From assembly GCA_022571985.1 (NCBI GenBank), contig JACZWU010000004.1, positions 64,319 to 128,318 on the forward strand: a stretch of 64,000 bases of DNA, written 5' to 3'. Shown here piece by piece: positions 1 through 9,991 of this stretch. Numbering within the stretch: position 1 is the stretch's first letter; every line of letters starts with the position of its first letter. This stretch comes from Candidatus Zixiibacteriota bacterium. GTDB taxonomy: Bacteria; Zixibacteria; MSB-5A5; GN15; FEB-12. The translations under genes were made by a program, and so were the position numbers. The notes beneath the pieces are model-generated. The model searched no databases, had not been told where the DNA came from, and saw nothing but the letters and a program-made list of their open reading frames with translations.

Positions 1-2
1 TA

Positions 3-1493
3 GTGCTTGTAATTGATCCGGGTGAATGTATTCCGGTAGGAAGAACGCATGATGTCTATATCAATATTGAGACAAATCGTGCAATTGGCGGATTTGATCT
101 GCTGGTCAGTTATGATGCCACGGTGACGTCCTTTAGCAACGCCACCAAAGAAGGCACAGAAATAGACAGTTGGGAGTTTTTTACTTACAGGCTCAACTCA
201 TCATCCTGCGGCAGTGCCTGTCCCTCGGGAACAATTCGACTGACCGGTATTGCTGATATTAATAACGGTGCGGCTCATCCGCCGGTCGAAGCACTATCGC
301 CTAACGGCAGATTTATAAAAATTACTTTCCAGGTTTCCAACAACCAGAACATTGGCGGTTTGTTTTTGCCGATAAACTTTATCTGGTTTGACTGCGGCGA
401 TAATATTTTTAGTGACCCTTCAGGTAACGAACTGTTCATCGACAACAAGATTTATAATGGAGAAGGCATCTTAATCTGGGACGAAGAAGACAGCATAAGT
501 TATCCCGAAAGCAGCAGGCCTCAGAGCATGGGTACGCCGGATTCCTGTATAAATCCTGAAGCTATGACAGCGCCAAGGAGATGTATTGAGTTCTTTAACG
601 GAGGTATTTGTATACTGGATCAGACCTCTTTTAACGACCGGGGCGACATTAACCTTAACTCCGTGCCATATGAAGTTGCGGATGCGGTTGTGTTCACCAA
701 CTATTTCATTTATGGCTTGAGCGCTTTTACTGTCAATATTCCCGGACAGATTGCGGCAACGGATGTCAATGCCGATGGTATCACACTTTCGGTTGCTGAT
801 TTGGTATTACTTATAAGAGTGATTCTTGGCGATGCCGACCCGGTACCAAAACTAAATCCTCATGATCAAGAGCTGCTATTGCAGTTAGTTCGAAGCAAAG
901 ATGGTGTAATTTTGTCTTCAAATTCCTCCAATGGTATCGGCGGCGCTTATCTGGTATTTAAACTTAATTCATCAGAATCAAGCATAGTCCCGGAGCTTAC
1001 CGAAGATGCCGAGCATATGGATCTCCGCTACCACATAGCCGGGGACGAACTTCGCATTCTGGTTTTCAGCATGCAGGGGAATACAATTGCATCAGGCGAT
1101 CGCCAGCTAATAAAATTGCCTGTTGTAAGCGGTCAGCAGCCGGAGCTTATAAAGAGCGAGTTTGCAGACGTAGATGGCCGGCCCTATAAGTCAAGCTCCA
1201 GCGAAATTGAACTTCCTGAAGATTTTGAGCTATATCAGAATTATCCGAATCCGTTTAATCCAAGCACTAACATTAGTTTCTATCTGCCTGAGCAGTCAGA
1301 CTGGAAAATAAGCATATACAATGTAACCGGCGGTCTTGTGAGACAGATATCCGGCTCAGACGAAACCGGGATGGTTGAGGTGCTATGGGATGGCGCTTCC
1401 CGGTCCGGAAATCAGGTCGCCAGCGGCGTTTATTTCTACAGGCTCGAAGCCGGCGATTTTAAGAGAACCCGAAAGATGATGATGCTTAAGTAA
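3..1493 (+). CDS. Secreted cohesin/dockerin-like protein with C-terminal FlgD-Ig/T9SS-type sorting domain (5' partial)
   Basis: Cohesin-like GGFDLLVSYD region; paired dockerin-like Ca-loops GDINLNSVPYEVADAVVF and TDVNADGITLSVADLVLL; C-terminal LYQNYPNPFNPSTNISF...VASGVYFYRL...RKMMMLK. The frame is open at the window edge. Confidence 0.75.
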   Translation: MLVIDPGECIPVGRTHDVYINIETNRAIGGFDLLVSYDATVTSFSNATKEGTEIDSWEFFTYRLNSSSCGSACPSGTIRLTGIADINNGAAHPPVEALSPNGRFIKITFQVSNNQNIGGLFLPINFIWFDCGDNIFSDPSGNELFIDNKIYNGEGILIWDEEDSISYPESSRPQSMGTPDSCINPEAMTAPRRCIEFFNGGICILDQTSFNDRGDINLNSVPYEVADAVVFTNYFIYGLSAFTVNIPGQIAATDVNADGITLSVADLVLLIRVILGDADPVPKLNPHDQELLLQLVRSKDGVILSSNSSNGIGGAYLVFKLNSSESSIVPELTEDAEHMDLRYHIAGDELRILVFSMQGNTIASGDRQLIKLPVVSGQQPELIKSEFADVDGRPYKSSSSEIELPEDFELYQNYPNPFNPSTNISFYLPEQSDWKISIYNVTGGLVRQISGSDETGMVEVLWDGASRSGNQVASGVYFYRLEAGDFKRTRKMMMLK

Positions 1494-1515
1494 GATTTCC
1501 CTCTTATCTTTCCTC

Positions 1516-1551
1516 AAAGCGTCCGCGTGCTTGTTTGCGGGCGCTTTTTTT
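1516..1551 (+). terminator. Intrinsic terminator
   Basis: AAAGCGTCCGC / GCGGGCGCTTT stem (one G-U pair) followed by a T-tract, between convergent genes. Confidence 0.75.
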
Positions 1552-1575
1552 ATATTCAAAACCGAGTTACTCTAA

Positions 1576-2046
1576 CTACTTGTGGTAGTCTCTGCCGTTT
1601 AAAATTGAAAAGCCTCGAAATAGCTGCTCCAGCAAAACTATTCTTACAATTTGATGAGAAAACGTGAGTCCGGATAATGACCAGACTTCGCTTGCTTGTT
1701 TTAGTATGCTGTTGTCAAGTCCGAAAGGTCCGCCAATTACTATTTTTATTTCGTTTCTGCTTCTGACCGTAAGCTTTTCCAAATTTTTTGCGAACGAACT
1801 ACTGTCAAACTTTTTTCCACTATCTGCAAGGGCTATCAGATAGCTGTCAGCCAGAATTGTTTCGAGCTTAGCGGCTTCCAGTCGTTTTATTTCAGCAGGG
1901 GAGAGTGCAGACGATTTGGCCGGCGACGTAACCACAGTCCACTTGATCCTGGCGTATTTTGAGAGGAGCTTTTCATAATGAGCGACAGCTTCGTCCAGCC
2001 AGCGATCTTTGGATTTACCAACTACCACAATTTCAAATTTGACCAA
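1576..2046 (-). CDS. rlmH: 23S rRNA (pseudouridine1915-N3)-methyltransferase
   Basis: SPOUT motifs IVIGGPFGL, SLSGLTFSHQIVRIVLLEQLFR and C-terminal YHK. Confidence 0.93.
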   Translation of the reverse strand: MVKFEIVVVGKSKDRWLDEAVAHYEKLLSKYARIKWTVVTSPAKSSALSPAEIKRLEAAKLETILADSYLIALADSGKKFDSSSFAKNLEKLTVRSRNEIKIVIGGPFGLDNSILKQASEVWSLSGLTFSHQIVRIVLLEQLFRGFSILNGRDYHK

Positions 2047-2067
2047 AACTGATTCCTTGAATTTATA

Positions 2068-2982
2068 CTAAGAAAAGAGAGCCTCAGTAAATTCTCTGGC
2101 GTCAAAGGGCTGCAAGTCCTCAATTCCTTCACCAATACCAATATATTCTATAGGCACCTGCAGCTCTGCTGCAATAGCAATGACCACGCCTCCTTTGGCG
2201 GTGCCGTCGAGTTTTGTAATAATGATACCATCGCAGCCTACGGCTTCGCCGAATTGTTTCACCTGACTTACTGCGTTCTGACCGGTGGAACCATCGATAA
2301 CTAACTTTGAATAAACTGCTGAATCAGGCAGCGCCTTGTTTATGGCGCGTTTAATCTTTTTCAACTCTTCCATCAGGTTTGTTTTTGTGTGCAGTCTGCC
2401 GGCAGTATCTACCAAAAGCAAGTCAGCTTTGCGCGCTTTGGCAGCAGTTGCAGCATCAAAGGCTACTGCTGCCGGGTCGGAACCTTCTTGAGATTTGACA
2501 ATGTCAACTTTGCTTCGCTCAGCCCAGATGGTAATCTGGTCAACAGCGGCTGCTCTAAAAGTATCGCAGGCTGCAATAATTACTTTTTTACCTCGCGACG
2601 ACATAATAGTCGAAAGTTTCCCTATAGTAGTTGTCTTACCGGCGCCGTTAACTCCGATAATAAGCCAGACCTCTGGCGTTTCTCTATTTTCTTGCAGATT
2701 GTCACGATTCTCAATTGACAGCAGAGTAACTATTTCATCTCTTAGAATGGGAATTATATCTTCTGCCCGGGTGAGACTTTGCTCTTTAGCTTTTGCCTTG
2801 ACAGTTTCTATCAGCCGCATGGTAGCTTTAACGCCAACATCGGCTTCAATTAGCGTCTCTTCAAACTCCTCCAGAAGTTCGTCATCGATTGTTCTGTTCA
2901 AGACCAGACTGGAAATTTTGCCAAAGATATTAGCTCTGGTCTTAGATAATGAACTCTTGAGTTTACTTAGAACGCCGGACAT
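2068..2982 (-). CDS. ftsY: Signal recognition particle receptor
   Basis: GVNGAGKTTT, DTFRAAA, DTAGRLHT, DGSTGQN, TKLDGTAKGG. Confidence 0.97.
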   Translation of the reverse strand: MSGVLSKLKSSLSKTRANIFGKISSLVLNRTIDDELLEEFEETLIEADVGVKATMRLIETVKAKAKEQSLTRAEDIIPILRDEIVTLLSIENRDNLQENRETPEVWLIIGVNGAGKTTTIGKLSTIMSSRGKKVIIAACDTFRAAAVDQITIWAERSKVDIVKSQEGSDPAAVAFDAATAAKARKADLLLVDTAGRLHTKTNLMEELKKIKRAINKALPDSAVYSKLVIDGSTGQNAVSQVKQFGEAVGCDGIIITKLDGTAKGGVVIAIAAELQVPIEYIGIGEGIEDLQPFDAREFTEALFS

Positions 2983-2996
2983 TAGTAGATAGAGAA

Positions 2997-5900
2997 CTAA
3001 TTATCTTCACTGTTTTTTACCGGAGATTCGACTTTCGGGCTAATTCTATCGACTACCGGCTGTGGAATCGCTTCGTCTGTTTCAGAAGAAATTGTTTTTG
3101 CTGTCTCGTCCGTTTCGTCAATGTAATCCGGGGCTTCCAGCCTGACCTCGCCGGTTTCCGGGTCGACCTGGCTGAACTTGACCGCCACAATCTGAGAAAC
3201 ACCGGGGCTGGACATGGTCACACCATAGAGATTATCTGCAGCTTCCATAGTGATTTTGTTGTGCGTAATAATTATAAACTGGGTGTTGTCTGAGAAGCGA
3301 GCAATCAATTTCAAAAATCGGTGGCAGTTGGCATCGTCTAAAGGCGCGTCTATCTCATCGAGAATACAGTAAGCAGACGGTTTTACCAGGTATAGCGCAA
3401 ACAAGAGTGAGATTGCCGTCAGGGCCCGTTCTCCGCCTGACATCATGGTAATAGCAATAAGTTTTTTGCCGCGGGGGCGGGCGGTAATTTCAATATTTGA
3501 CTCAAGCGGGTCGTTGGGGTTTTCAAGATAAATGCTGGCTTCGCCGCCTTCGAACAATTCAGTGAACAGCATCTGGAAATTATCTTTAACTTTTTCAAAT
3601 GTTTCTTCAAAAAGTGTCCGGGCGGTTTTGTTAATTTTGGTAATGGTGGCCAGGAGATCATCGCGTGCCGCTTCAAGATCGGTAAGCTGCTTTTCCAGAA
3701 ATTCTTTGCGGCTGCTGGTTGACTGATATTCTTCAAGGGCCAGGAGATTGACCGCCCCGAAATTTTTCAATAGCTCTTTTTGACTGGCAAGACGGGTAGC
3801 GGCCTCGTCTTCGGGCATTTCGGGAATGGGGTTCTGGCTTTCAAACTCCCGGATATTTACGTCGTAGTCCTCTTGCATTCGCTCGGTGGTGACACTGAGC
3901 TCGTTTTCGAGAGTGCCCATCTGCATCTCAATTGTGTGACTCTCTTTGCCGAGCTTGTCTTTAACCAGGCGCAGTTCTTTTAGACGCTTCTCAGAACTGA
4001 ATGTCTGTCCCTGAAGTTCATCGAACTTTTGTCTAAGCGTACCCTGGGTTTCAGAGATTTCTGTGCGCGACTCAAAAGTAAGTTTAAGTCTGGTTTCTAG
4101 GTCAGCTGATCTCTTGAGCGAACTTTCTATTTCTTCCTGAGCGTCTTGTATCTCCGTGGATTTTGTTACTATCGTACTGGAAATTTCATCCAGCAGCTCT
4201 TTTGTATGGTTGATTTTGTTGTCGCACTGGTCAATCTGGCTCTGTGTCTCAACTGCTTTGACCTGAAGATTACTCACCAGCGACTGCGATTCTCCGGATA
4301 AGCGCTCTATCTCTTCAAGTTTTTTAGAAGACAAATTTAGTTCATTTACTAAGCTCTGCTTTTGTTCACTCAACTGACCATAGCCAAGATTTAAAGAGTA
4401 TTGTTTTTGCTGCAGTTGCGTTTGTTTTTCGCCGGCCAGCTCGATTTCCTTAGCCAGACGAGAAAGCTCGGTATCTGATAGACGCAGCTCATAATTTAAT
4501 TCATCTATCTGTTTTTGATTAGAGGCGATTTCCCGCTGGTTTGTTTCCAGGCTGCCATTTAGATCGTTAATTGAATGTTCGGCGTCGCTAATCTGCTTTG
4601 CTAAATCGTGTTCGGTTTGTTTCTGGGTCTCAGCTTTGGAATTAAGTCGGTCGATTTGCTCGGAAAGTTCAGCGAGCTGATCTTTACGGCGAAACAGCTG
4701 CAGCGTGTCTGATGAGCCGCCCACAATCGTGTTTCTGGTGTAGAGAAGCCCGTCGGTAGAGACTGCTTTGAAGCCATAGGGGAGGTGCTCCAGAATTGAT
4801 TTGGGGTCGCTGCCGGCTTTGAATACGGCAGTCTGCGACAGAACGGTTTGCATGAGTGGTTTCAAATTTTCAGCTGTCGAAACGAACTCATCAAGCCAGC
4901 CGACGAATCCGGCAGAGTCCAGTTCCGGACGTTTGATCTGAGGATTCAAGTTGCCGGCATCAGGAACAATTAATCCTGCCCGGCCTTTGTTCTCTCTTTT
5001 AAGGCGCTCGATTATCTTTTCTGCACTGTTTTTACTGTCGCAAATGACATAGTGCGAGATATCCCCCAGCGCTGATTCAACCGCTTTTTCCATCCCTGCA
5101 GCCGGTTTGAAGCGGTCCGCGACTGTTCCTTGAATTCCTTCTATTTCATCCTTGAACTTAAGGACTGTCATCACACCGGCGTGGGTGCCTCCGAATGAGT
5201 ATATCAGTTCACTCAAGATTTTCTGCTGCGCCTGACTTGCTTCAATTGAGGCATAGCTCTTGGAAAGTTCTTTGCCGGTCTGCTCAAGTTCGTTTTTCTT
5301 TGTGGCTTGTTCCCGGGTGGTCTGGCTCAACTCAGTCTCTGCCGAGATTCTGCTCTGTGACAGTTCGTCGGCCACGCCGCGCAGTTTTTCCGATTCGGAA
5401 GTTAATTCTGCCTTTTTCTCTGTGAGCTCATTTTTGCTCTTGTTTAATTCTTCAAGGTGAATACTGAGGTCTTCAATCTGAGTCTGGATGTTGACGTCTT
5501 CGGTCTTGCCGGAGGACAACCTGCCCTCCAGTTCAACTAACTTGGAATTTTCACCGTCTTTGGAAGTGCGCATTTCCAAAAGTTGCTTATCAATCAGGGC
5601 TAGTTTGTTTTGGGCTTCTTTGAGGTTGTTTTCAACTGCTTCGTATTCTGCCCTGTGTTCGTTTATCTCGGCGCCGGTATCTACGGCCTGTTCGGAGAGA
5701 GTCTGAGAGCGGAGTTTAAGAGTATCAATTTCGTTTTCATTACGCTCTATCAGGTTAGTTGCGTTAGATTTTTTTTCAGTCAGAACGGAAATTTCTTTTT
5801 CATATTTGTGGGCAGTTTCTGTCGTCTCAAATAATTCGTTGGTTACCCGGCTCAGTTCTTTTTCTATTTCAAGCTGAATTTCCCGTTTGGATTCAACTTC

Positions 5901-6701
5901 GGCTCCCAGGCTGTCTACTCCGACTTCGTTGGCGGTCAGATTGCCGGATAGCTCATCAAAGCGTTCTTTTAAGAGGCGCTTTTCGGTTTCAATCTTTTTG
6001 ACTCTCTCAGAAGTGAAGTACAGCTCCCAGTTGCGGACTTCGTCGCTTAGGATTTGATATCTTTCTGCTTTGCGCTGCTGACGTTTAAGAGAGTTTACCT
6101 GAGTTTTCACTTCGGAATAAATGTCTTTTAGCCTTTGCAGGTCCTGGTCGGTGGCCTCGAGTTTGCGAAGGGCCGCTTTTTTCCTTTGCTTGTACTTGGT
6201 AATGCCGGCAGCTTCTTCGAATAAAAACCGCCGCTCTTCAGCTTTGTCAGATATTATCGAGTCAATCATCTCCTGCTGAATTACCGAATAAGAGTGCGCT
6301 CCGGCGCCCGTATCAAAAAACAGCTCGGTAATGTCCTTTAAGCGACAGGGGACTTTGTTTAATAAATACTCGGCTTCACCGCTTCTAAAAAGCCGGCGGG
6401 TTATCTGAACTTCACTGTACTCGACCGGCAGCACGCCGCGGTTATTAATCATAGTCAGAGAAACTTCGGCCATACCCAACGGCGCCATATCGCGGCTGCC
6501 GTTAAAAATCACTTCCTGCATACTGCTTCCGCGCAAAAGCGAAGTTTTCTGCTCTCCCATTACCCAGCGGATAGCGTCAAGGATATTAGTTTTACCACAG
6601 CCGTTTGGCCCGACAATCGAAGTTTTTCCTTGGGAAAATTTTATAACGGTCTTATTGGGAAAAGATTTAAAGCCTACCAGTTCCAGTTGCTTTAAGTACA
6701 A
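2997..6701 (-). CDS. smc: Chromosome segregation protein SMC
   Basis: Walker A GPNGCGKTN, long coiled coils with central hinge, signature MSGGE, Walker B/D-loop ILDEIDAPLD; TTG start. Confidence 0.97.
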   Translation of the reverse strand: MYLKQLELVGFKSFPNKTVIKFSQGKTSIVGPNGCGKTNILDAIRWVMGEQKTSLLRGSSMQEVIFNGSRDMAPLGMAEVSLTMINNRGVLPVEYSEVQITRRLFRSGEAEYLLNKVPCRLKDITELFFDTGAGAHSYSVIQQEMIDSIISDKAEERRFLFEEAAGITKYKQRKKAALRKLEATDQDLQRLKDIYSEVKTQVNSLKRQQRKAERYQILSDEVRNWELYFTSERVKKIETEKRLLKERFDELSGNLTANEVGVDSLGAEVESKREIQLEIEKELSRVTNELFETTETAHKYEKEISVLTEKKSNATNLIERNENEIDTLKLRSQTLSEQAVDTGAEINEHRAEYEAVENNLKEAQNKLALIDKQLLEMRTSKDGENSKLVELEGRLSSGKTEDVNIQTQIEDLSIHLEELNKSKNELTEKKAELTSESEKLRGVADELSQSRISAETELSQTTREQATKKNELEQTGKELSKSYASIEASQAQQKILSELIYSFGGTHAGVMTVLKFKDEIEGIQGTVADRFKPAAGMEKAVESALGDISHYVICDSKNSAEKIIERLKRENKGRAGLIVPDAGNLNPQIKRPELDSAGFVGWLDEFVSTAENLKPLMQTVLSQTAVFKAGSDPKSILEHLPYGFKAVSTDGLLYTRNTIVGGSSDTLQLFRRKDQLAELSEQIDRLNSKAETQKQTEHDLAKQISDAEHSINDLNGSLETNQREIASNQKQIDELNYELRLSDTELSRLAKEIELAGEKQTQLQQKQYSLNLGYGQLSEQKQSLVNELNLSSKKLEEIERLSGESQSLVSNLQVKAVETQSQIDQCDNKINHTKELLDEISSTIVTKSTEIQDAQEEIESSLKRSADLETRLKLTFESRTEISETQGTLRQKFDELQGQTFSSEKRLKELRLVKDKLGKESHTIEMQMGTLENELSVTTERMQEDYDVNIREFESQNPIPEMPEDEAATRLASQKELLKNFGAVNLLALEEYQSTSSRKEFLEKQLTDLEAARDDLLATITKINKTARTLFEETFEKVKDNFQMLFTELFEGGEASIYLENPNDPLESNIEITARPRGKKLIAITMMSGGERALTAISLLFALYLVKPSAYCILDEIDAPLDDANCHRFLKLIARFSDNTQFIIITHNKITMEAADNLYGVTMSSPGVSQIVAVKFSQVDPETGEVRLEAPDYIDETDETAKTISSETDEAIPQPVVDRISPKVESPVKNSEDN

Positions 6702-6713
6702 ATTGCCTCCAGG

Positions 6714-7292
6714 TTAAATTCCGGCTTGTGCCGGAGTCTTAGGCGACCGGCCGGTTTTAAGTAATTCTAAAGTATCAAACAATGAGCGGTAAATGTTTCT
6801 TTCGTCTCTCAAATATCTGGTTTTAATTTCCAGATTATAAAAAGGATTACCCCGATGGTTCCCTTTACCGACTCGAAGAGCTTTGGGGAAATTCAATAAT
6901 ATGGAAGACGTAAAGGCTGAACTTTCAAAATTTAAATCCAGTATCAGGTCAAAATTGTACTGGCTCAAGGTAGCCAGAAAGGAAGGTTTAGCCACCCCGG
7001 ACCAGGTCACCTGATCGGACGAGGGAGATATGATATTAAAGCCTTTGCGGGGGTAAATATCCGCGACCCGCACCCCGGGCATCGAGAGCAAAGTAAAATC
7101 CGATGACTTAAACAAGCCCGAAAGAGTTGGCAGGAATTGTTTAACCACTGTCAGTTCCCTGAGGCCTTCAGGAAGGCAGACTAAGATCTGCTTGGGGGAC
7201 TGCAGGCTTTCAGGGAAGTCGAACATTTCGGAGCCCATTTTCCCTTTTTGCTGATAAAGTTTAATATTGGCCAGGTATTTTTTTAACTGCAT
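6714..7292 (-). CDS. Hypothetical protein resembling the N-terminal Rossmann half of GT9 heptosyltransferases
   Basis: KQILVCLP...FDLILDL...LRVG pattern; only 192 aa; in operon context. Confidence 0.5.
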   Translation of the reverse strand: MQLKKYLANIKLYQQKGKMGSEMFDFPESLQSPKQILVCLPEGLRELTVVKQFLPTLSGLFKSSDFTLLSMPGVRVADIYPRKGFNIISPSSDQVTWSGVAKPSFLATLSQYNFDLILDLNFESSAFTSSILLNFPKALRVGKGNHRGNPFYNLEIKTRYLRDERNIYRSLFDTLELLKTGRSPKTPAQAGI

Positions 7293-8222
7293 TTACTGCC
7301 CGCCATCTTTTTTTAAATCGGCATCCTTTTGAGTCTGATGTCTGTCCAGAGTTTCCTGTTTGGTCGTCTTTTCTGCAGGTGGAGAACTGATATCACTGTA
7401 GCTCTGTTTAGTCTGAGCAGTCGGTGCCTGGCTGGTTCTGTTAAAAAACGATTCAATGTTTGTCTGATCTATACGCACTCTTGAGATTCTGCGCGACTCT
7501 TGATCACGAAGATTTACCAGCCGGCCATTGAGCTCTATATCGACCACCGCTGGAATCCCAATTGATACAACCATCCTGTATTTGGCGCTGGCTTCATAAA
7601 CTCTGCCGGGAACAAGTTTACGGAAGATAGCCGTATCACCGTCGGTCATGACCGAACCCCAGCTTTCTTTTTTTGGTATAAGCCGAATCTTGATTTTATC
7701 CGGAGGCAGATACGATGTTTTATCCCAGTCAAAACTGTCAAATTCTGCAAGGCGGTTTTTGTCTATATCTTGAAGGTAATTATCCTGTTCATTTTTTGCA
7801 GTAGAATCCTTAATGAACAGCATATCGATCGCAACGTAGGCCAGAAGCAGAAGAACCAGAATAGCCGCTACTCCCAGCATTCTTCTTAAGGGTTTTTTTT
7901 CTGCTTCAGGATCAATCTCATAGTCGTCTTCTGTTCCAGAGGCTTTCTTATCCTGCGCAGCTTTTTCCATTTCATCTCTTTCAATATCAGACTTGATGGC
8001 ATCGACTGTCATTGAGTAATCTATTCCCAGGAATGTAGAATAGGAGCGTGCAAACAGATTGTAGTAAACTACTGAGGGAAGTTTCGACAGATCACCGCCT
8101 TCAATACCTTCAAGATTCTCAAGAGGTATTTTGAGCCTTGCGCTGAGTTCTACAATATCAAGCTGGCGGCGTTCTCTTTCTTGCCGCAAAACTTTCCCTA
8201 ATTTTTTCTCTACACTATCCAT
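7293..8222 (-). CDS. rodZ: RodZ-like helix-turn-helix membrane protein (DUF4115-type C-terminal domain)
   Basis: N-terminal HTH (LGKVLRQERER...LEGIEGGDLSKLP...FARSYSTFLGID), single TM, C-terminal domain with SIGIPAVVDIELNG. Confidence 0.8.
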   Translation of the reverse strand: MDSVEKKLGKVLRQERERRQLDIVELSARLKIPLENLEGIEGGDLSKLPSVVYYNLFARSYSTFLGIDYSMTVDAIKSDIERDEMEKAAQDKKASGTEDDYEIDPEAEKKPLRRMLGVAAILVLLLLAYVAIDMLFIKDSTAKNEQDNYLQDIDKNRLAEFDSFDWDKTSYLPPDKIKIRLIPKKESWGSVMTDGDTAIFRKLVPGRVYEASAKYRMVVSIGIPAVVDIELNGRLVNLRDQESRRISRVRIDQTNIESFFNRTSQAPTAQTKQSYSDISSPPAEKTTKQETLDRHQTQKDADLKKDGGQ

Positions 8223-8241
8223 AACTAACCTAAAACAATAT

Positions 8242-8856
8242 TCACTCCATTTTTAAGCAAACCTCACCGGCCAATTTGTCCAGCAGAGAGCGAGGTAAAC
8301 CAATCACATTATCCAATTCTCCCTCTATTCTGTCAACCAAAAAGCCTCCTTTGCCTTGTATACCATAAGCTCCGGCCTTGTCCATCGGCTCGCCACTATT
8401 AACATAATCTACGATCGCCTCCTCTGATACAAGATTGAAATAGACATCGGTCAATTCATAGCCGGAGGCCAAAAGCTCAGTCGAGCAAGCCAGAGCCAGG
8501 GCGGTACAAACAACATGCTTTTTACCCGACAATCGCAAGAGAATTTCCCTGGCCTCATTTTTATCTGCGGGTTTGCCGATCAGTTGGTTGTCCAGAACTA
8601 CAATGGTATCAGCACCGATTACCAATTTGTCAGGTCTTGCTGCAGTAGAAACGGACATGGCTTTCATTTTTGCAAGACTTAAGGCGTGCTCAAAGGGGTC
8701 GCCTGAAGTAAAATTGGATTCCTTTATGTCAGAAATAATCTGCCGGAAAGAGATGCCCGTTTCCCCCAGTAATTTTAACCTTCTGGGTGAGGCCGAGCCG
8801 AGTATTATCTCTTTTTTCCGGGACAGTATTCTTAGATTATTACAGGTCATTTTCAA
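8242..8856 (-). CDS. maf: Maf family nucleotide pyrophosphatase
   Basis: ILGSASPRR, IGADTIV, GKP, DKAGAYGIQG, NVIGLP. Confidence 0.95.
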   Translation of the reverse strand: MKMTCNNLRILSRKKEIILGSASPRRLKLLGETGISFRQIISDIKESNFTSGDPFEHALSLAKMKAMSVSTAARPDKLVIGADTIVVLDNQLIGKPADKNEAREILLRLSGKKHVVCTALALACSTELLASGYELTDVYFNLVSEEAIVDYVNSGEPMDKAGAYGIQGKGGFLVDRIEGELDNVIGLPRSLLDKLAGEVCLKME

Positions 8857-9283
8857 GGAGAATTGTCACCGGTCCATGGTTGGTTAGTTTTATTTCCATT
8901 TTAGCACCAAAGATGCCGGCGGCAGTTTTCAATTCTGATGCAGAAACCAAATCTATGAATTTAGAGTATAGTCTTTCGGCTTCTTCAGGCTCCATAGTAT
9001 CGGTAAAGGCCGGACGGCGCCCTTTTTTGGTGTCGGCGTAAAGGGTAAACTGAGAGACTATCATGATTTCGGCTTCTACATCCAGCGCCGAAAGGTTCAT
9101 TTTACCGGCGCTATCTTCAAAAATTCTCAAATTCAGAATTTTGTCAGCTAAAATACCGCAGGATTTTTCTTTGTCCCCTTTTTTGGTGCCATGAAATATC
9201 AGCAGTCCGCGGCCTGTTTTACTGTGGAGCTCTTCCTCAATCCAGACTTCGCAATTTGTTACTCTTTGAACTAATAACCTCAA
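8840..9283 (-). CDS. dtd: D-aminoacyl-tRNA deacylase
   Basis: MRLLVQRV, SQFTLYADTKKGRRPAF, NHGPVT. Confidence 0.96.
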   Translation of the reverse strand: MRLLVQRVTNCEVWIEEELHSKTGRGLLIFHGTKKGDKEKSCGILADKILNLRIFEDSAGKMNLSALDVEAEIMIVSQFTLYADTKKGRRPAFTDTMEPEEAERLYSKFIDLVSASELKTAAGIFGAKMEIKLTNHGPVTILLENDL

Positions 9284-9496
9284 ATTTTACTCCGGATAGC
9301 TTCTTTTTATTTTAACAAATATAGCATATCCAGACGGATTGACAAAGGTGCAAAAGAGAGTCAGCAAATGATTGCAGATTTCGCTGGATATTTTATCTGC
9401 AATATGTATAATTGATTTTGGCGAACTGGGAACCGCCGCATATTTTTATAGTTATAAATTGGTGATAGATTAAGAAAGAAGAATGGAGGAGTTAAG

Positions 9497-9823
9497 TTGT
9501 CAAAAGCCTTAGAAGTAACAGATGATTCTTTTGAAGCAGAAGTACTCAAATCCGATACACCGGTTATTGTGGATTTTTGGGCTGAATGGTGCGGCCCCTG
9601 CAAAATGATTGCACCGATTCTGGATGAATTAGCTGAAGAATATGAAGGCCGGGTCAAAATCGCCAAAGTGGATGTTGACTCTAATAATAAAACAGCCGGT
9701 AGATATAATATTTTGTCTATTCCTGCTCTGTTATTCTTCAAAAATGGAGAAGTAGTCGATCAGGTAGTCGGTGCCCTGGGCAAATCGCAATTGACTTCCA
9801 GATTAGAAAAAGTGCTGGCTTAA
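9497..9823 (+). CDS. trxA: Thioredoxin
   Basis: DFWAEWCGPCKMIAP; strong RBS GGAGGAG; TTG start. Confidence 0.97.
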   Translation: MSKALEVTDDSFEAEVLKSDTPVIVDFWAEWCGPCKMIAPILDELAEEYEGRVKIAKVDVDSNNKTAGRYNILSIPALLFFKNGEVVDQVVGALGKSQLTSRLEKVLA

Positions 9824-9841
9824 AGTTAAATATATTTTTAT

Positions 9842-9878
9842 AAAACCGGCCAGGGAACCAATCCCTGCCGGTTTTTTT
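9842..9878 (+). terminator. Intrinsic terminator after trxA
   Basis: AAAACCGGC-c-AGGGA accaa TCCCT-GCCGGTTTTTTT. Confidence 0.8.
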
Positions 9879-9991
9879 ATTATTTTCTAGCAGATGTTTT
9901 CGAGCAAGGAACTTTACAGATGCAAATTGTTTTAATTTATTAGAAGTTTCTATATTATATTGACTTAGCTGAACTTTAATGAAAGAGTATA

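Noticed and set aside
2997-6701. smc without adjacent scpA/scpB, and its acidic C-terminal tail
   Set aside because: smc-ftsY linkage with scpAB elsewhere is common, and short acidic tails are unremarkable
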